Source: Phoronis australis
Taxonomy: Eukaryota; Animalia; Phoronida
Length of the DNA: 37,841 bases
Reading direction: 5' to 3'
Assembly (NCBI GenBank): GCA_002633005.1
Contig: NMRA01001227.1
Span: 1-37,841, forward strand
Part shown: piece after piece, positions 11,440-22,902 of the stretch
Position numbering within the stretch: position 1 is the first letter of the stretch
Layout of the letters: each line of letters starts with the position of its first letter
Translations under genes and position numbers: made by a program
The notes under the pieces: model-generated
Databases searched by the model: none
The model's input: only the letters and a program-made list of their open reading frames with translations
What the model was told of the DNA's origin: nothing

Positions 11440-12100
11440 CCCTTTCATCGCCTGGTCACCGCCTCCTATTGACAATGGTTCGAAGTAGCCAAAACTAGTG
11501 TTTTGCAGTCAATGATTCTTTGTTTATGCATTTTCTACCTCTGTCGAAACAAAATACCTGAGTTTAACCAGGCCTGATGTTAATGCAAGATAAATTTGCT
11601 TGCTTATCAGACGTAGGTTTTGGCGCCTGAGTTGTTCCAGTGAGCAGCGAATAATTCCTTGAAGTGCTGTCCTTCAGTCTGGTAGTACTAGTTACCTAGC
11701 TGAATTCTCACTTATTTTGAGTAGGTTGGTGTGCTTCAATTACTGCCTTAAAACTAAAGCTAGTTAGCTAGTTGAGGTGAATCTGTGTCCAGGACAAGGG
11801 CTTTCACTGACTGGACCACCAGTTTAAGCTTAAAATCAGAGAAGAAAGTTTGACAAGTCCTGCCATGGTCCACCATTCAAGTCATTAATCTTCTTTAGGA
11901 AACGCCTAAGTGTTCTGTCTTTTTGTCTAATATTCATCGCGTCTTTTCTTCTGCATTCATTAGAGGTGCCGAATCTTTCCAAGAGCGAAGTGGTGAACTC
12001 ACATACAAGATTGTCATTTTTACAAATCTTTGCAATTCCAGAGTTGATTGTTGTTTCATTGCAGGGGAATTTTCTAATCTGATTAGGGAATTTCATGATT
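11440..12100 (-). pseudogene. Remnant of a tyrosine-recombinase-associated (Crypton-like) gene, N-terminal and central part
   Basis: ICKNDNLVCEFTTSLLERFG...RRKDAMNIRQKDRTLRRFLKKIN...LVVQSVKAL...SPQLA...LKHTNLLKIS...FKELFAAHWNN...LVKLR...TLVLA(fs)..VNRRR. Resembles animal integrase-like proteins with DxLIxxF, RxKxRxLxRLL, VVxAVK and NRRRxGE motifs. Heavily decayed. Confidence 0.45.
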
Positions 12101-12725
12101 TCTTATTATTTTTCGTGGGGGAATAGGGCCAATATTTGGCCCCGAAATAAAGGGCCCTGTATAGAAGTTATATGCTTGGAATAGAATACAGTTATGTTTT
12201 GATGGGTACTGACCCGTCATTCCAGCTGGTATGACCATGAATTCCAGATTGCCAAATATGATTATCACGATGTGGAAATTTGTTCATTTTGTCCAACTTT
12301 TTTTGACATGTTTTGACCGATTGTTACCAAATGTTGTATATCTCATCAACCAGATAATACAAGACCCTATTGGCTAGAATATTCGGCATGATGGTTTTGT
12401 TTTTGCAAAATGATATTTAAAGTATTTGCTCAATAGATGTCAGTACTGTAAACATTTATGTTTACAATGTTGTTGTGTTACATAATTTTGTCGATAAAAA
12501 TAGTGCAAATTACGCATGTTGTTATTGGAAAATAAATAGATATTGTATTTTTTGTCATTTCATCAGATTTTGTGCAAATTTATATATACTCTTAATATGC
12601 CTTTGGTATGCTTTATGAACTTGAGAAAATAAAATGCAAGTCTTCTGAAAATGTGTTTTTCTTTCCACTAATTTGCGCATTTCCTGACTGTATATGTCCT
12701 TTTTACCTATTGGTGAAGCAGCAGC

Positions 12726-13007
12726 TTAAAGTCCCACTAGCCGTTCTCTCCATCGTTGATCAATACGGGCAAAAGTTTGGTCGACGCCCTCCAATGGTGA
12801 ATTTTGTGCGACGATTTTCAAAATGGTGAAAACGAGAAAAAACGTATTAAGAGACATTTAGTTAGTTGAGCATAAGGTATCAAGCCTGCACCTCCGGCAC
12901 TTGATCACTGTTCTTCCCGCCATTGTGAATCAGGGATTGAAAGTTTCTCAGAAGGAAGTTCTTTTCTCGTTTTTACCATCACAGGAGACTACAGTGAATA
13001 CTTTTAA
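12726..13007. mobile_element. Possible TTAA-flanked Kolobok/T2-like MITE
   Basis: TTAA-AGTCCCACTAG at the left end and AGTGAATACTT-TTAA at the right form imperfect TIRs; CpG-rich interior. Confidence 0.35.
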
Positions 13008-13181
13008 CCAGATTTTTAAAATATCCCCACAGATTTTGACACCTTTAAGACAAATGTCTATGATCTAGAGAAAATTGCATCATCTCTGGTTTAACTGCTG
13101 CTGCGAAGTGTTTAGTCAAAAGTTGAGGTGAGAAGTGATCAGAGCAACATGCAGCTTGACCTTTGAGAAAACAGAAGGTCA

Positions 13182-13200
13182 TTTATTTCATAAGTTTATT
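13182..13200 (-). promoter_or_regulatory. Candidate BCCIP polyadenylation signals (two AATAAA)
   Basis: tttatt at 13182-13187 and 13195-13200 reads AATAAA on the minus strand, ~1 kb past the BCCIP stop. Confidence 0.45.
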
Positions 13201-14183
13201 AGCAATAAGGCATGGCACAAAAAGAGCTGCAATATGACTGACAACTGAAAATCACAAATTGCTTCACTCATGGGTCTGCAACTAAATGACACTTAATTCA
13301 GGGTCTCTGTTTCTTTATGTCATATTGAAATTTAAAAATGTTTCCATGAGTCAAATCTTCGCATCACTTAACTATAATCTGCCTTTGCAGCTGGCTTTCC
13401 TTGCTGCCAATTACCAAGAATACATTTCACTATTTCCCTACAAAAAATCTGAAAAGTACATCAAGTCAAGCCACGCTCCCCCCTCAATAAAACTACATGT
13501 TCCATTTTGTGATCATGAAACATGAAACTTCACAATCAAATGTTGTTTTACAATCTGCATATATTACGATAAAGAATTTTGATCTCGTTATAAAGAGAAC
13601 AGATTGAGAAATGCACAGCACACTGCAGCTCTTGTTAAGACTATTCACATAGTTACCAAGATTCAGAAAGTTCGATCAGTGAATGCCTGAAGTATGGCTC
13701 TATGAAGAGAAAGATCAATGACTGCACAGTGACACTTAGTGTCCAATTTCAAACCAAAAAAATAATAAGACTGCTAGCTCTTAACACGATACACGATGTG
13801 TGCAAATTTCATGTCAATGTGAAAAGTAAAACCCCCTGAGGCAGAGAAACAAACAATCAAATTGAAAAACAAAACAAATAAGACATTTCCAAATGTACAC
13901 TCAAGAGTTTGATAAAAGAAATTCTTGGTATGCATGTAATATTACATTTTACAATAGTTCAATCTTTAGTTAGTTGTTAAGTGTGAAAATCTTGAGCCAG
14001 GGCTGCAACATCGCAACACCCACCTGGCTTTCCCACAACACTATTCCCATGGTGTTGGTATTTGTGGTTTTGTAGTAGTTCCATCTTCTATGAAGTTCAA
14101 TTCATTACTCATGAATCCATGTAACACAAAAACTACAGCTCATTTCTGCAAGGCAATCCCCAGTGCAACAAACGTTTCCATCC

Positions 14184-14339
14184 CTAGGAAAATGTCTGCC
14201 TTATTTTCTCAGAGATCATGTCCAGCTTTCCTGCAGGAAAAAACATAACCCGTCTCCATGGCAACAACTGATCATCCTCGTCCTCTCCCATCGAGTCTTG
14301 TTCATCAGCAACCGAATAGTCAAAGCTAAAAGAAGCTTC
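14184..14339 (-). CDS. BCCIP: BCCIP exon 7 (terminal)
   Basis: cag|EASFSFDYSVADEQDSMGEDEDDQLLPWRRVMFFPAGKLDMISEKIRQTFS* (TAG at 14186-14184). Confidence 0.88.
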   Translation of the reverse strand, partial: EASFSFDYSVADEQDSMGEDEDDQLLPWRRVMFFPAGKLDMISEKIRQTFS

Positions 14340-15026
14340 CTGAAAAGTAAACATTATTCACATTTCATAATTGCACATACAGCATAAACAGGAAGATTTG
14401 GGGTTGTATCAAACACATTCTTTCCTTCATTTTCATCAGTGTAGAACACGCAACATATCATGAATCGAAAGGCGTCATTAAGACATAAACATTCCGTAAA
14501 TGACAGCCATGCATGTATTTGTGTTTTTACAGGCAATCCATAAAAAGTGATTAGTTCATTGCCGATCAACAATGGCAGCCATTTTGTTGGTGTACCACCG
14601 GAAATTCAAAAACAACTTTGGAAGTCCACTATTTATGACTGAAAATGTTTGATAACTGCTTGACATATCATCATTTGGGAATAAGTTTGAAATATAGTAA
14701 TCTGTCGTACAATTCCTTATATGAAGTCTTGAATAGCAAAGAAGAGGAAAGGGCACAGACTTCACCAAGGGGCAATTGTTGAATCCCAAAATCTTAAACC
14801 ATTCACAAATGCTTACACAATTTAAATGCAATAATTAACCACTTAAAATAGATGATCCACTTGCAACAACGCCATCCTGATATTTTCTAAAATCCTATGC
14901 TGCAGACAGCCTGAACACAAGCATGATTGTAATGTTAAATATACATGCAAGTGCTTCAATGTTTTGATTACTGCACCAGTCTGATGGAAGAAGGAAAGAT
15001 CACACTTCTAGTTCTCCATGATTGTA

Positions 15027-15175
15027 TTACGCCAGCGCCTGTGTTACGCCAGCGCCTGTGTTACGCCAGCGCCTGTGTTACGCCAGCGCCTGTGTTACGC
15101 CAGCGCCTGTGTTACGCCAGCGCCTGTGTTACGCCAGCGCCTGTGTTACGCCAGCGCCTCTGTTACGCCAGCGCC
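15027..15175 (+). repeat. 17-bp GC-rich minisatellite (TTACGCCAGCGCCTGTG) x ~8.8 in BCCIP intron 6
   Basis: Units start at 15027, 15044, 15061 ... 15163, with a single substitution at 15160. Confidence 0.97.
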
Positions 15176-15626
15176 AAATTCCTGATAGTTTTAATTTGTG
15201 TTAAATCATTAACAATTTAATGTGCATAAGGGAACATTGAGAGATATCTATACTTTCAAGAGTTCACAAAAAATGTTTTCAAGGGTGGGTGGCTAGGGAT
15301 CCATAGTTAACTGTTAGTGAACATTTTTGACGTCATAAAAATGATGATGTGAAAAGCAAAAAAGCAATGCTAAATTTATTACTTTTCATGTTCTTAAAAG
15401 TAGAACTCAACAAATGCTTTAATATCACCATTTGCTTCTTATTCCCTGTCAACAATATGACAATGTCGACTCGTAATGGCTGACAACACTGTATAACATA
15501 TAATGAATGCAAACACATGAAAACATTAACATTTTAGTACACGTTCAGAGGAAGAGTAAAACGTACGCCTTATACAGTCGTGATGTTTATAATTGGTCCC
15601 TCAATCTAGTAGACAAGGAACATTAC

Positions 15627-15795
15627 CTGAAAGAAAAATTCCTCTTCCGGATTTATGAAAGAAACAGCATCGTTTACAGGACCTTTCTTTTTCTTTTTTC
15701 CACAAGGCATTTCCGATTTGTAAATTTTACTGATCATAAGCAGTTCGTCAAACTTGTATTTCATCTTTCTACTTGCAGCGTTTTTCATGTCAGTT
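15627..15795 (-). CDS. BCCIP: BCCIP exon 6
   Basis: acag|(R)TDMKNAASRKMKYKFDELLMISKIYKSEMPCGKKKKKGPVNDAVSFINPEEEFFFQ|gtaatg; LLMISK and FINPEEEFF motifs. Confidence 0.93.
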
Positions 15796-15987
15796 CTGTA
15801 AAATAAAAATGTTACTACAATGAAAAAGCTACATGTCTCGTGCCCAAATAAACATTTGCTGCACTTGTCAGGCTGCTACAAACCTGCTTTTGGGCACAAA
15901 TCAACTTTTGTTTTAGACTATTACCATTAATGGTCTGCAATAGTTCCTTGTTACTTATGCAATAGGTGAAAATCAGCTCATGAGTCT

Positions 15988-16625
15988 ACAAGAGCAACAC
16001 AGCGTTGAAATGCGCCCATGACTGCACTGCAAACAGTGTTGCTTCTAAGGATGTTTATTTGCAGCATACAAAAATTGCCATTACATGGCACAGAATATGT
16101 TGAACCCAAAAACCGGAAGTCGTTGTCTCTCAAAAGCACTTGCCAAATTTCACGAAAATCCATCACAGAACTCCAAAGTACAAAGGCAACCAAAAACAAA
16201 ACAAAATACCATTAGGAACAACAGCTGTAGTTGAATCCTCAGTCAATAGGAATATAACTGCAACATCTCACAAGGGCTTTATGAGATACAGCCGTAGATG
16301 CAAAAAATGTCAGGGGGCACCACAGTTATTGGACCCACATGAAAATCTAAGTGCTCTTGAAAGTTGGAGCATGTCTGCAAATTTTCAAAACAAGTAATGA
16401 TCCTCTGCACAGTTTGGCAGATACAGAAGCAGATGACAAAAAAAACAGACCAAAAATAATTAAAATCGCCACTAGTTGGTTCAGAATAAGTCAAATACAT
16501 TACAAAAAGGAAAGGGTGGTGCTGTGTTCATGATAGAAAGCTGTTTGCCAAATTTCATGAAAAATTATCAAGGAACTCTTAAATTGCAAACTGAGGCAAA
16601 AAATAAGACTGCCACTAGGGAGCAC
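15988..16625 (-). mobile_element. 5'-truncated reverse-oriented copy of the HINE-like element in BCCIP intron 5
   Basis: acaagagcaacacagcgttgaaatgcgcccatg is the reverse complement of the 3' end of the copies ending near 32120 and 34370; internal gccactag and aaatttca(c/t)gaaaat subunits. Confidence 0.8.
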
Positions 16626-16676
16626 ATACTGAGGCCAAAACTAAAATAATCATGGTGGAGGAGCTATCACACAAAC

Positions 16677-16861
16677 CTCAAACTGTCATAGCTCGGCGCT
16701 GCCATCTGTGGAGGAATATTGATAAATCTCTCGCTGACTAGAAACCCAAGCTGTTTACCATCACTGGATAACCTTGACTGAAGTAGAGCCGATTTATCCA
16801 CGGCACACTTTTTGCACTGGTCCATAAGCATAGTTCTAATGTCACCAACACACTGCTCATC
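16677..16861 (-). CDS. BCCIP: BCCIP exon 5
   Basis: tag|DEQCVGDIRTMLMDQCKKCAVDKSALLQSRLSSDGKQLGFLVSERFINIPPQMAAPSYDSL(R)|gtttgt; phase-2 end matches exon 6. Confidence 0.95.
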
Positions 16862-18185
16862 CTAAGTAAAGGTAAATCTCAGTGAAACTTTTATAAATTA
16901 TTGTTTCTATGAACACCAGTTGGTACAATGTACTAAATTTCTCTAGTGCTGACATGTTTTCTACCCAAATTGCTTGCAAGTACCTTCATGCCATGCTTGC
17001 CAAGCTTGAGGGTTTGTAAGATTGAATGAGGAATCCAAACAAAAACTTTTTAGCAGCTGAATTTCAAGGGGTGGAACACATGGCCACGCCTCTAAACTAC
17101 AGCTACGATTCCCTGAACCCCAATACCGCACCTGAGAACAACTTCCATACCTACTGATCAAACTCCATATCCTGCTAAATTCCAGACAAGGACGGACTAA
17201 TGAATTCCGTTGAGGAATATGATCCCCAGTAGGCAAATATTCAGTGTATGGCGTTCACGGGAACAAATGGGAGTTGTAGCGTGAGATTGGTGTTTGCTAG
17301 TTCAGGACTGGAGTTAAAGGAATCGAAGCTGTAACTTAGGGGTCGAATCATGGAATTCCATGAGCAAAACTACTTGATTTGAACAGTTTTTGTTCTTTTG
17401 GAAACCAAGCTGTTCGAAATATTTTTACATAAAATATTCAAAACTTCCTTAATAATACACAGGTCAGCAAGCATATTTAAAAATAATTTAACTGAACATA
17501 ACTTTCAGGCTATTATGTAAACAATCGCAACAAAACTGTGTACAACACAACTTTAATTTTCAAAGCCAACATCACAAGAAAGGATACGAAGAGCAAGAAT
17601 TTGTGAAATGTGTAGCTCAGCAGCTGGTCATACAAGAGCATTGCCTGAAGTTTTGTTACTTTCATTTCCATATAAAATGAAGTGTGTTTCTTAGAAATGT
17701 TTTCAGAATTTGCCTAGCTTGATCAAAGTTATGATCAAAATCATGAAACTAACGTAAATGAAACTGTAACCAATAAAAATTTACCACAGGATTTTGATAA
17801 GAAATTTCATAGAATTTGTCAGTAACACTTACTAGATTACCAGCTTTTTTAATGCATAGAATCCAAATAAAGACCGCCAGGGGTCTATTTCATAAAAAGC
17901 AATTTAAGACATATGACAGAAATTTGACCTTTTGCTCACACTTCACAATTGCTGAATAAAAGGTTTATGAGTGTATCAGTGTCTAGAAATAAATTACAGA
18001 AATTATTTCAGTAACTAACAATTATGTGTATAATCTCAGAGTCTTTGCATTCTCGCTCAAGCAATTCTTAATTAATTTTCCAGAAATAGCATAACAAATT
18101 TCTGACTCATGCTTAAGTCACTTTTCGTGAAAGAGACCTCAGGCTACTTCCCCATTGAAAATTATACCAACACCAGCCTGTGTAC

Positions 18186-18284
18186 CTTTTTCTCAGTGAT
18201 ATTAATACAAGACATGACACCATACACTTCCATAGTGTCATCATCGTCACCCTCACTCCCACTGTCTTCCATATCATGAACTTG
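18186..18284 (-). CDS. BCCIP: BCCIP exon 4
   Basis: cag|QVHDMEDSGSEGDDDDTMEVYGVMSCINITEKK|gtacac. Confidence 0.93.
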
Positions 18285-19884
18285 CTGGAAACAAAGAACA
18301 AAGTCAGCTTGGAAGGTTAAGGAGGAATTGAACACCTCCAAATCCTGAGATGGTTTCACACACCACAGCATTACCAGACTGAACCAATCAGGGCAAAATG
18401 CAAGTTAAATCTTGCCTTATTTAAGGCCTTCAATTATTTCTTCTGACAAATAGTAAACAACAGAAGACACCCCATTGAAATACATTAATTATATGGCCCA
18501 ACCCTTAGATGTAAGCTTGGCTTGTGCACATGTCAAAAACTCTATGGACAGAACTGCACAGAGAAGTCACTTGGCTTACGGGGCACTCGCTCACCTGAGG
18601 AGAGAGGTACCTGACAGCAGAATCTTTTGGTTGAAGGGAATATTCACCCTCCCCCGGTTACCACCAATACCCCCCAGTCACCACCCCTCATCGTTAAATT
18701 CCTCAAGTCTAAGCTAAAAGTAACATTTTGTAGAAGTGATTCGAATCTTGAAGGATTCTTTAATCATTGGAGCGAAGGCAATTTTTGGACCTGATGTAGG
18801 AATTTTGTGTAATATTATGTGTTTTATAGGGGAATGGTGATGATGTTTTTCTAGACTGGCCACTAAATTGAGGCATCACGTGCCCTCGGTTACCTCTATT
18901 TTCAACACTTGGCTTAAAAACCAAGGTAATAGGTTTATTGTGCAGTGCCCTGGGCAAACTTGATGAAGAGGAAAACTGGTTATAAATTACTGTATATACA
19001 ATTAGCCAGAGTTGTTTACAAACTGTCTATTGTGGGTAATAGGATGGTCCTGGATTATAGTGACACCAGAATCTTGCAGTATTTACACACAATGCTACAA
19101 CATCCATCAAGCACTTCTCTAGACTTGTTTTTGCACCATTGGAGTTATTTGATGGTGCTTTGCTTTTTTGAAGTTTTACTTGACTGCAGTAACTATTCAA
19201 CCTTTCAAGGCCATCAAGATTCTTAGAATGAGCCCCACATTTGTAAAACGAGACTGATGTAACATCACATTTTCCTACCTCCAGCATGTCAAGCAGATTT
19301 TCATCCAGGACCGCTCTATTATACAAGTTCATTTCTGGAGAAGGATAACACGAGCTGCAGAGGAGTTATTCCTTTTGAACTTACAGGCAGTTTTAGACGT
19401 AAGTCAACAGATTGATTCGCTTCAAACTGGCTGATTAGGGTGTCATTTTGGTATTATTTTCACGCATATTGGCACCACAAGAAAGTGAGTGTGATTTAGC
19501 TTTTCAACACTGCACAATGTCAAAATATACAACTAAAAATTAATTCAAACAAATAATTTTCAACAGTAGAGCAAAATAACACCAATTTAAGAAACAATAT
19601 GGCAGGCAAGAGATTTTTTCATGTAGTGCCAAATCAATGTTTTATGTTCAAGTTTTGTTGAATAGCTACCAACATTTTGAATACCTGTGGGCATTCATAA
19701 CCCTGTTAGATGCTCAAAACGGAGCAATTTTGAAAATTCTCTTTGTCTGAAATTGTAAAGATTTCAAGACAATAACGGATGTGGGAGGTGTTGTTATCTA
19801 AACACTTCCGAAGCAAAAACAGTGTGTTTGCATGACACTTCATGACATGAAAATACAGCAAATTTTGCACCTGCAACTACTTAC

Positions 19885-19965
19885 CTTCAAAACACTGCCA
19901 ACGTAATTCTGGGCAATGATGATATTGGCCAGTTCGCTGACATTAACATGTGCTTTTAAAAACAA
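19885..19965 (-). CDS. BCCIP: BCCIP exon 3
   Basis: cag|LFLKAHVNVSELANIIIAQNYVGSVLK|gtaagt. Confidence 0.95.
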
Positions 19966-20944
19966 CTGAAAGAAAGATAATACATTAGTGATGACCCATC
20001 ATTTATATTGCGGATATTCAATAACAGATAAGAGAATTCAGTGTTGACTGTAGACATCAGTGAGCATAGTGGCAGCATCATGGTTAAAAATGAAATTATT
20101 ACAATGTCACAATTTTCAAAACTGGTTCACCATGTCCGGTGTGTTTATATAAATACAGAACACATCAATGGTGAACAGTAAAAATACTGTTTGTCATTCT
20201 TCGTCATTCTAGCTACTCTGATGGCGAATTCCAGTTGCACTCAGTCGTCATAAAGTTGAATTCTGGGTCATTTTGTCAGATTAATTAAGAAGTGTGTCCT
20301 GCAGTACGGATGATGTAAGAAGATGAGTATGTGGAACATAATACGATTCTATTTTTCAACTTCAATACTAATAGACTACTTGTGGGTTTCCAAACATAGC
20401 AGAAAAATGGGACAGAATTGCCATCTTATGGCATAACCAAGCATAAAGTCTAGAGTAGCCCTGCATGTGAAAAGCCGGCACGGGTCTTACAAGGCAACGA
20501 CGCATTCCTGCTAAGAAGTACCAAGTTAGCAGCAGATGCAAAGGGGCAAAAGTCCACCTGTCTTCGTGCTTCTCAAAAGGTCCAGAAACATTTATGCTGT
20601 CAGAATTTCAGAACTCGTAAAAAGCCTAGTAGAAAGAGACAAACAATTTTGTCACATTGGATACTTTCGTCTACCATACAGTAATAAATCATCTATTAAG
20701 CACATAATATGGCAGAAACATACAATTTCATGTCCCCAGATTTCTTAACAAACATTACCTTAAAGAAATTGATTCTACTTCCTGATCACCATAGTTTGTA
20801 CTGAACAGCTGCCATCAAGAAAGACTTGTTCACTTTATCCAATTCAAGTCAGCCTATGAAAAATGGCAATCACTTTCCTGAAAATAATTGAATAATTACC
20901 ATGTATATAATACTTTGCCTTTGTTAAATGGCAACAGTACCAAC

Positions 20945-21019
20945 CTGCTGCAGCAGTTTTCGTACTCCATGGAAGTCGGTGTCTTCTGCCTCCCGAGCTT
21001 CAAAATCAACGTGCACAAC
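20945..21019 (-). CDS. BCCIP: BCCIP exon 2
   Basis: tag|VVHVDFEAREAEDTDFHGVRKLLQQ|gttggt. Confidence 0.95.
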
Positions 21020-21948
21020 CTAGAAGACAGAGCAGTTGAACATTCAATTGTTTTGTTTTAGTTCTGAATCATTTAGTTCATACAACAAAAGGACAATACA
21101 AAAGTAATAAAAATACAACTGAACTATGATATACAAAATAGAAGTACTAGAGGGAAATATGAAAATTGTTCCAGATTGTATTTTTTTATCAGACTGGTCA
21201 TTAAACCTTATAAGAGAATAAGTCAATATTGAGAGCCTACTGTCAGCAAAGATCAACACCGAACTTCATTATTTAAGAGAACAATACAATAATTTTTAAA
21301 ATTCCTTTTAAAAAAGAAAACAAAGTACTCAACTGGTTTTTATTGTGTGAAAAATCTTACATTTATTTTACATTTACAAAAACATAGCATGTGTGCCTGT
21401 CACAAACGTTATGTTTAAAATCAATGGCAGACTTTTCTTTGCAACTAAGCGGAGAGAGTGATGACAGAAAATAATGTTCATTGGGTTATTTTCTTACTTT
21501 TATAGTTGTAGTGGGAGAGGTGAATGTTGGCAGGCTCCTGAGATTTTACTAACCAGGCAGCTACCGAGTTTTCATCCAATGTCAAAACACAGCAGAATCA
21601 GCAGTGTACAGTATTGCATTGCAATGTCACAGTCTTTACTTTTTAGATGACCTTGGCGATCTGAGAATTTTTTCCGGGGGCATCTGGCGAGTTGATGTTA
21701 CACTAAGCGCCAAGCCCTCATATTGGTACAAGTTACATGACACTCATGACAGAACCACCGGCAACTGGCAATGATACCGGTGAGCAGTTTTGAGGCTTAT
21801 AGTATGTAAATTTTACATGCATTGATTCCTGGGTCATAGGAGTGCATGCTGTGGCCAATCCTCATTTGTACAGCTAGCAGGGTGGTTTCAGTATTCAGTT
21901 CATAAGTTCACAGGCTTAACCTCGGCCTCAGCCAGGCTCAGGCTCAAG

Positions 21949-22416
21949 CAGGCCTTTATCCAGGATTTTGAAAATAGGGTGTCCAAAATGGGGTTCCCAA
22001 TATTCCAGGGCGTCCATGATTCCGACGCGTAACCCCCCACCTACAGCAATACCCCCAAACACACAGATTTTTTTACAACAAAATGCATAGATCAAGGTTT
22101 TTACATCTAAGTTTATAAAACAGCCTTCTATGGTGAGCATTTTTACTAAAAAAAATGTGTAGACCAAGACTTTTACAATGCTGTCAATATAGCAACAATG
22201 CATTTACTTTGTATATACATTGTATATTTCTTCCTGCTTTGAAAAAAGAGCCCCCACTGTGAGCCTTTTGAGGCTTCCTAGCATTCATTACAATGTGCAA
22301 GTCCAAACTTGAAAGGTTCCTATTGACAGTGGGCGTCCAAATGATACATTGGGCGTCCTTGCCAGGGCGTCCAGATTAGTGCTAGGGTGTCCAAATGGAC
22401 GCTGCATAAAGGCCTG
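21949..22416 (+). mobile_element. hAT-type MITE (468 bp) with 15-bp TIRs and a perfect 8-bp TSD
   Basis: TIRs CAGGCCTTTATCCAG / CTGCATAAAGGCCTG; TSD GGCTCAAG at 21941-21948 and 22417-22424; subterminal GGG(C/T)GTCC repeats. Confidence 0.92.
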
Positions 22417-22443
22417 GGCTCAAGTCAAACTCAACTCAGATGG

Positions 22444-22840
22444 TAGACAGTGACCACTGTGCCAGTAGGACAGTGTAGCTCCTATAGGCGATAACTCACC
22501 ATTTTTAACCCTGCGCGCCCCACCCGCCAGGTGGTATGATGTCATATCCCCTGGCACACACAGTGTTGAAAATGGTGAGTTACCGATTTTGGGAACTGAA
22601 CGAGGGACTGCCTGAAGAAAAAGTTTGATAACAGGAGTATTTGTTCAAGTTGGAAGGAATTAAATACGTTGACGACCTCCTAGTCCTAAGGTGTCCCCCT
22701 ATGCGCTAAAGGTATTTACAACAACGTAGCATCGATGTTTTAGTCAGTGCGAGGCAAAGTTCGCTGAAAATCTTCCTGCGTATGAAGCGCCTATAGGAGC
22801 TTCACAGTCTCTACTGCGGAGACTGTCTGTGGTGACTGTG
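22444..22840. mobile_element. MITE-like foldback with nested inverted repeats
   Basis: Outer IR cagtaggacagtgtagctcctataggcg (~22463) / cgcctataggagcttcacagtctctactg (~22788); inner IR taactcaccatttt (~22492) / aaaatggtgagtta (~22569). Confidence 0.65.
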
Positions 22841-22902
22841 ACCCTGTTTTACTCACAGGCGTCCTCAGCTTCTGATCATCCCCCATACACTATATATATA
22901 TA

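Noticed and set aside
2445-12067. CCCCTGCA (2445) and TGCAGGGG (~12060) as TIRs of one 9.6-kb element
   Set aside because: Only 8 bp match, no convincing TSD, and the right copy lies inside a coding relic.
14945-15220. ORFs 14945..15220 and 15022..15204 with repeating peptide YASACVTPAPVLRQRLC
   Set aside because: Produced by a stop-free 17-bp minisatellite read through all three frames; intronic and antisense to BCCIP.
16961-17236. SLVRPCLEFSRIWS resembling a LINE C-terminal motif
   Set aside because: A single short match with no flanking RT similarity; lies inside an inverted repeat.
18540-18720. GCTCACCTGAG motif recalling ends of non-autonomous Helitron-like repeats
   Set aside because: Too short, and no matching second end was found.
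19027-19332. 101-aa minus-strand ORF in BCCIP intron 3 with splice-like signals
   Set aside because: No recognisable family, and BCCIP exons 3 and 4 join correctly without it.
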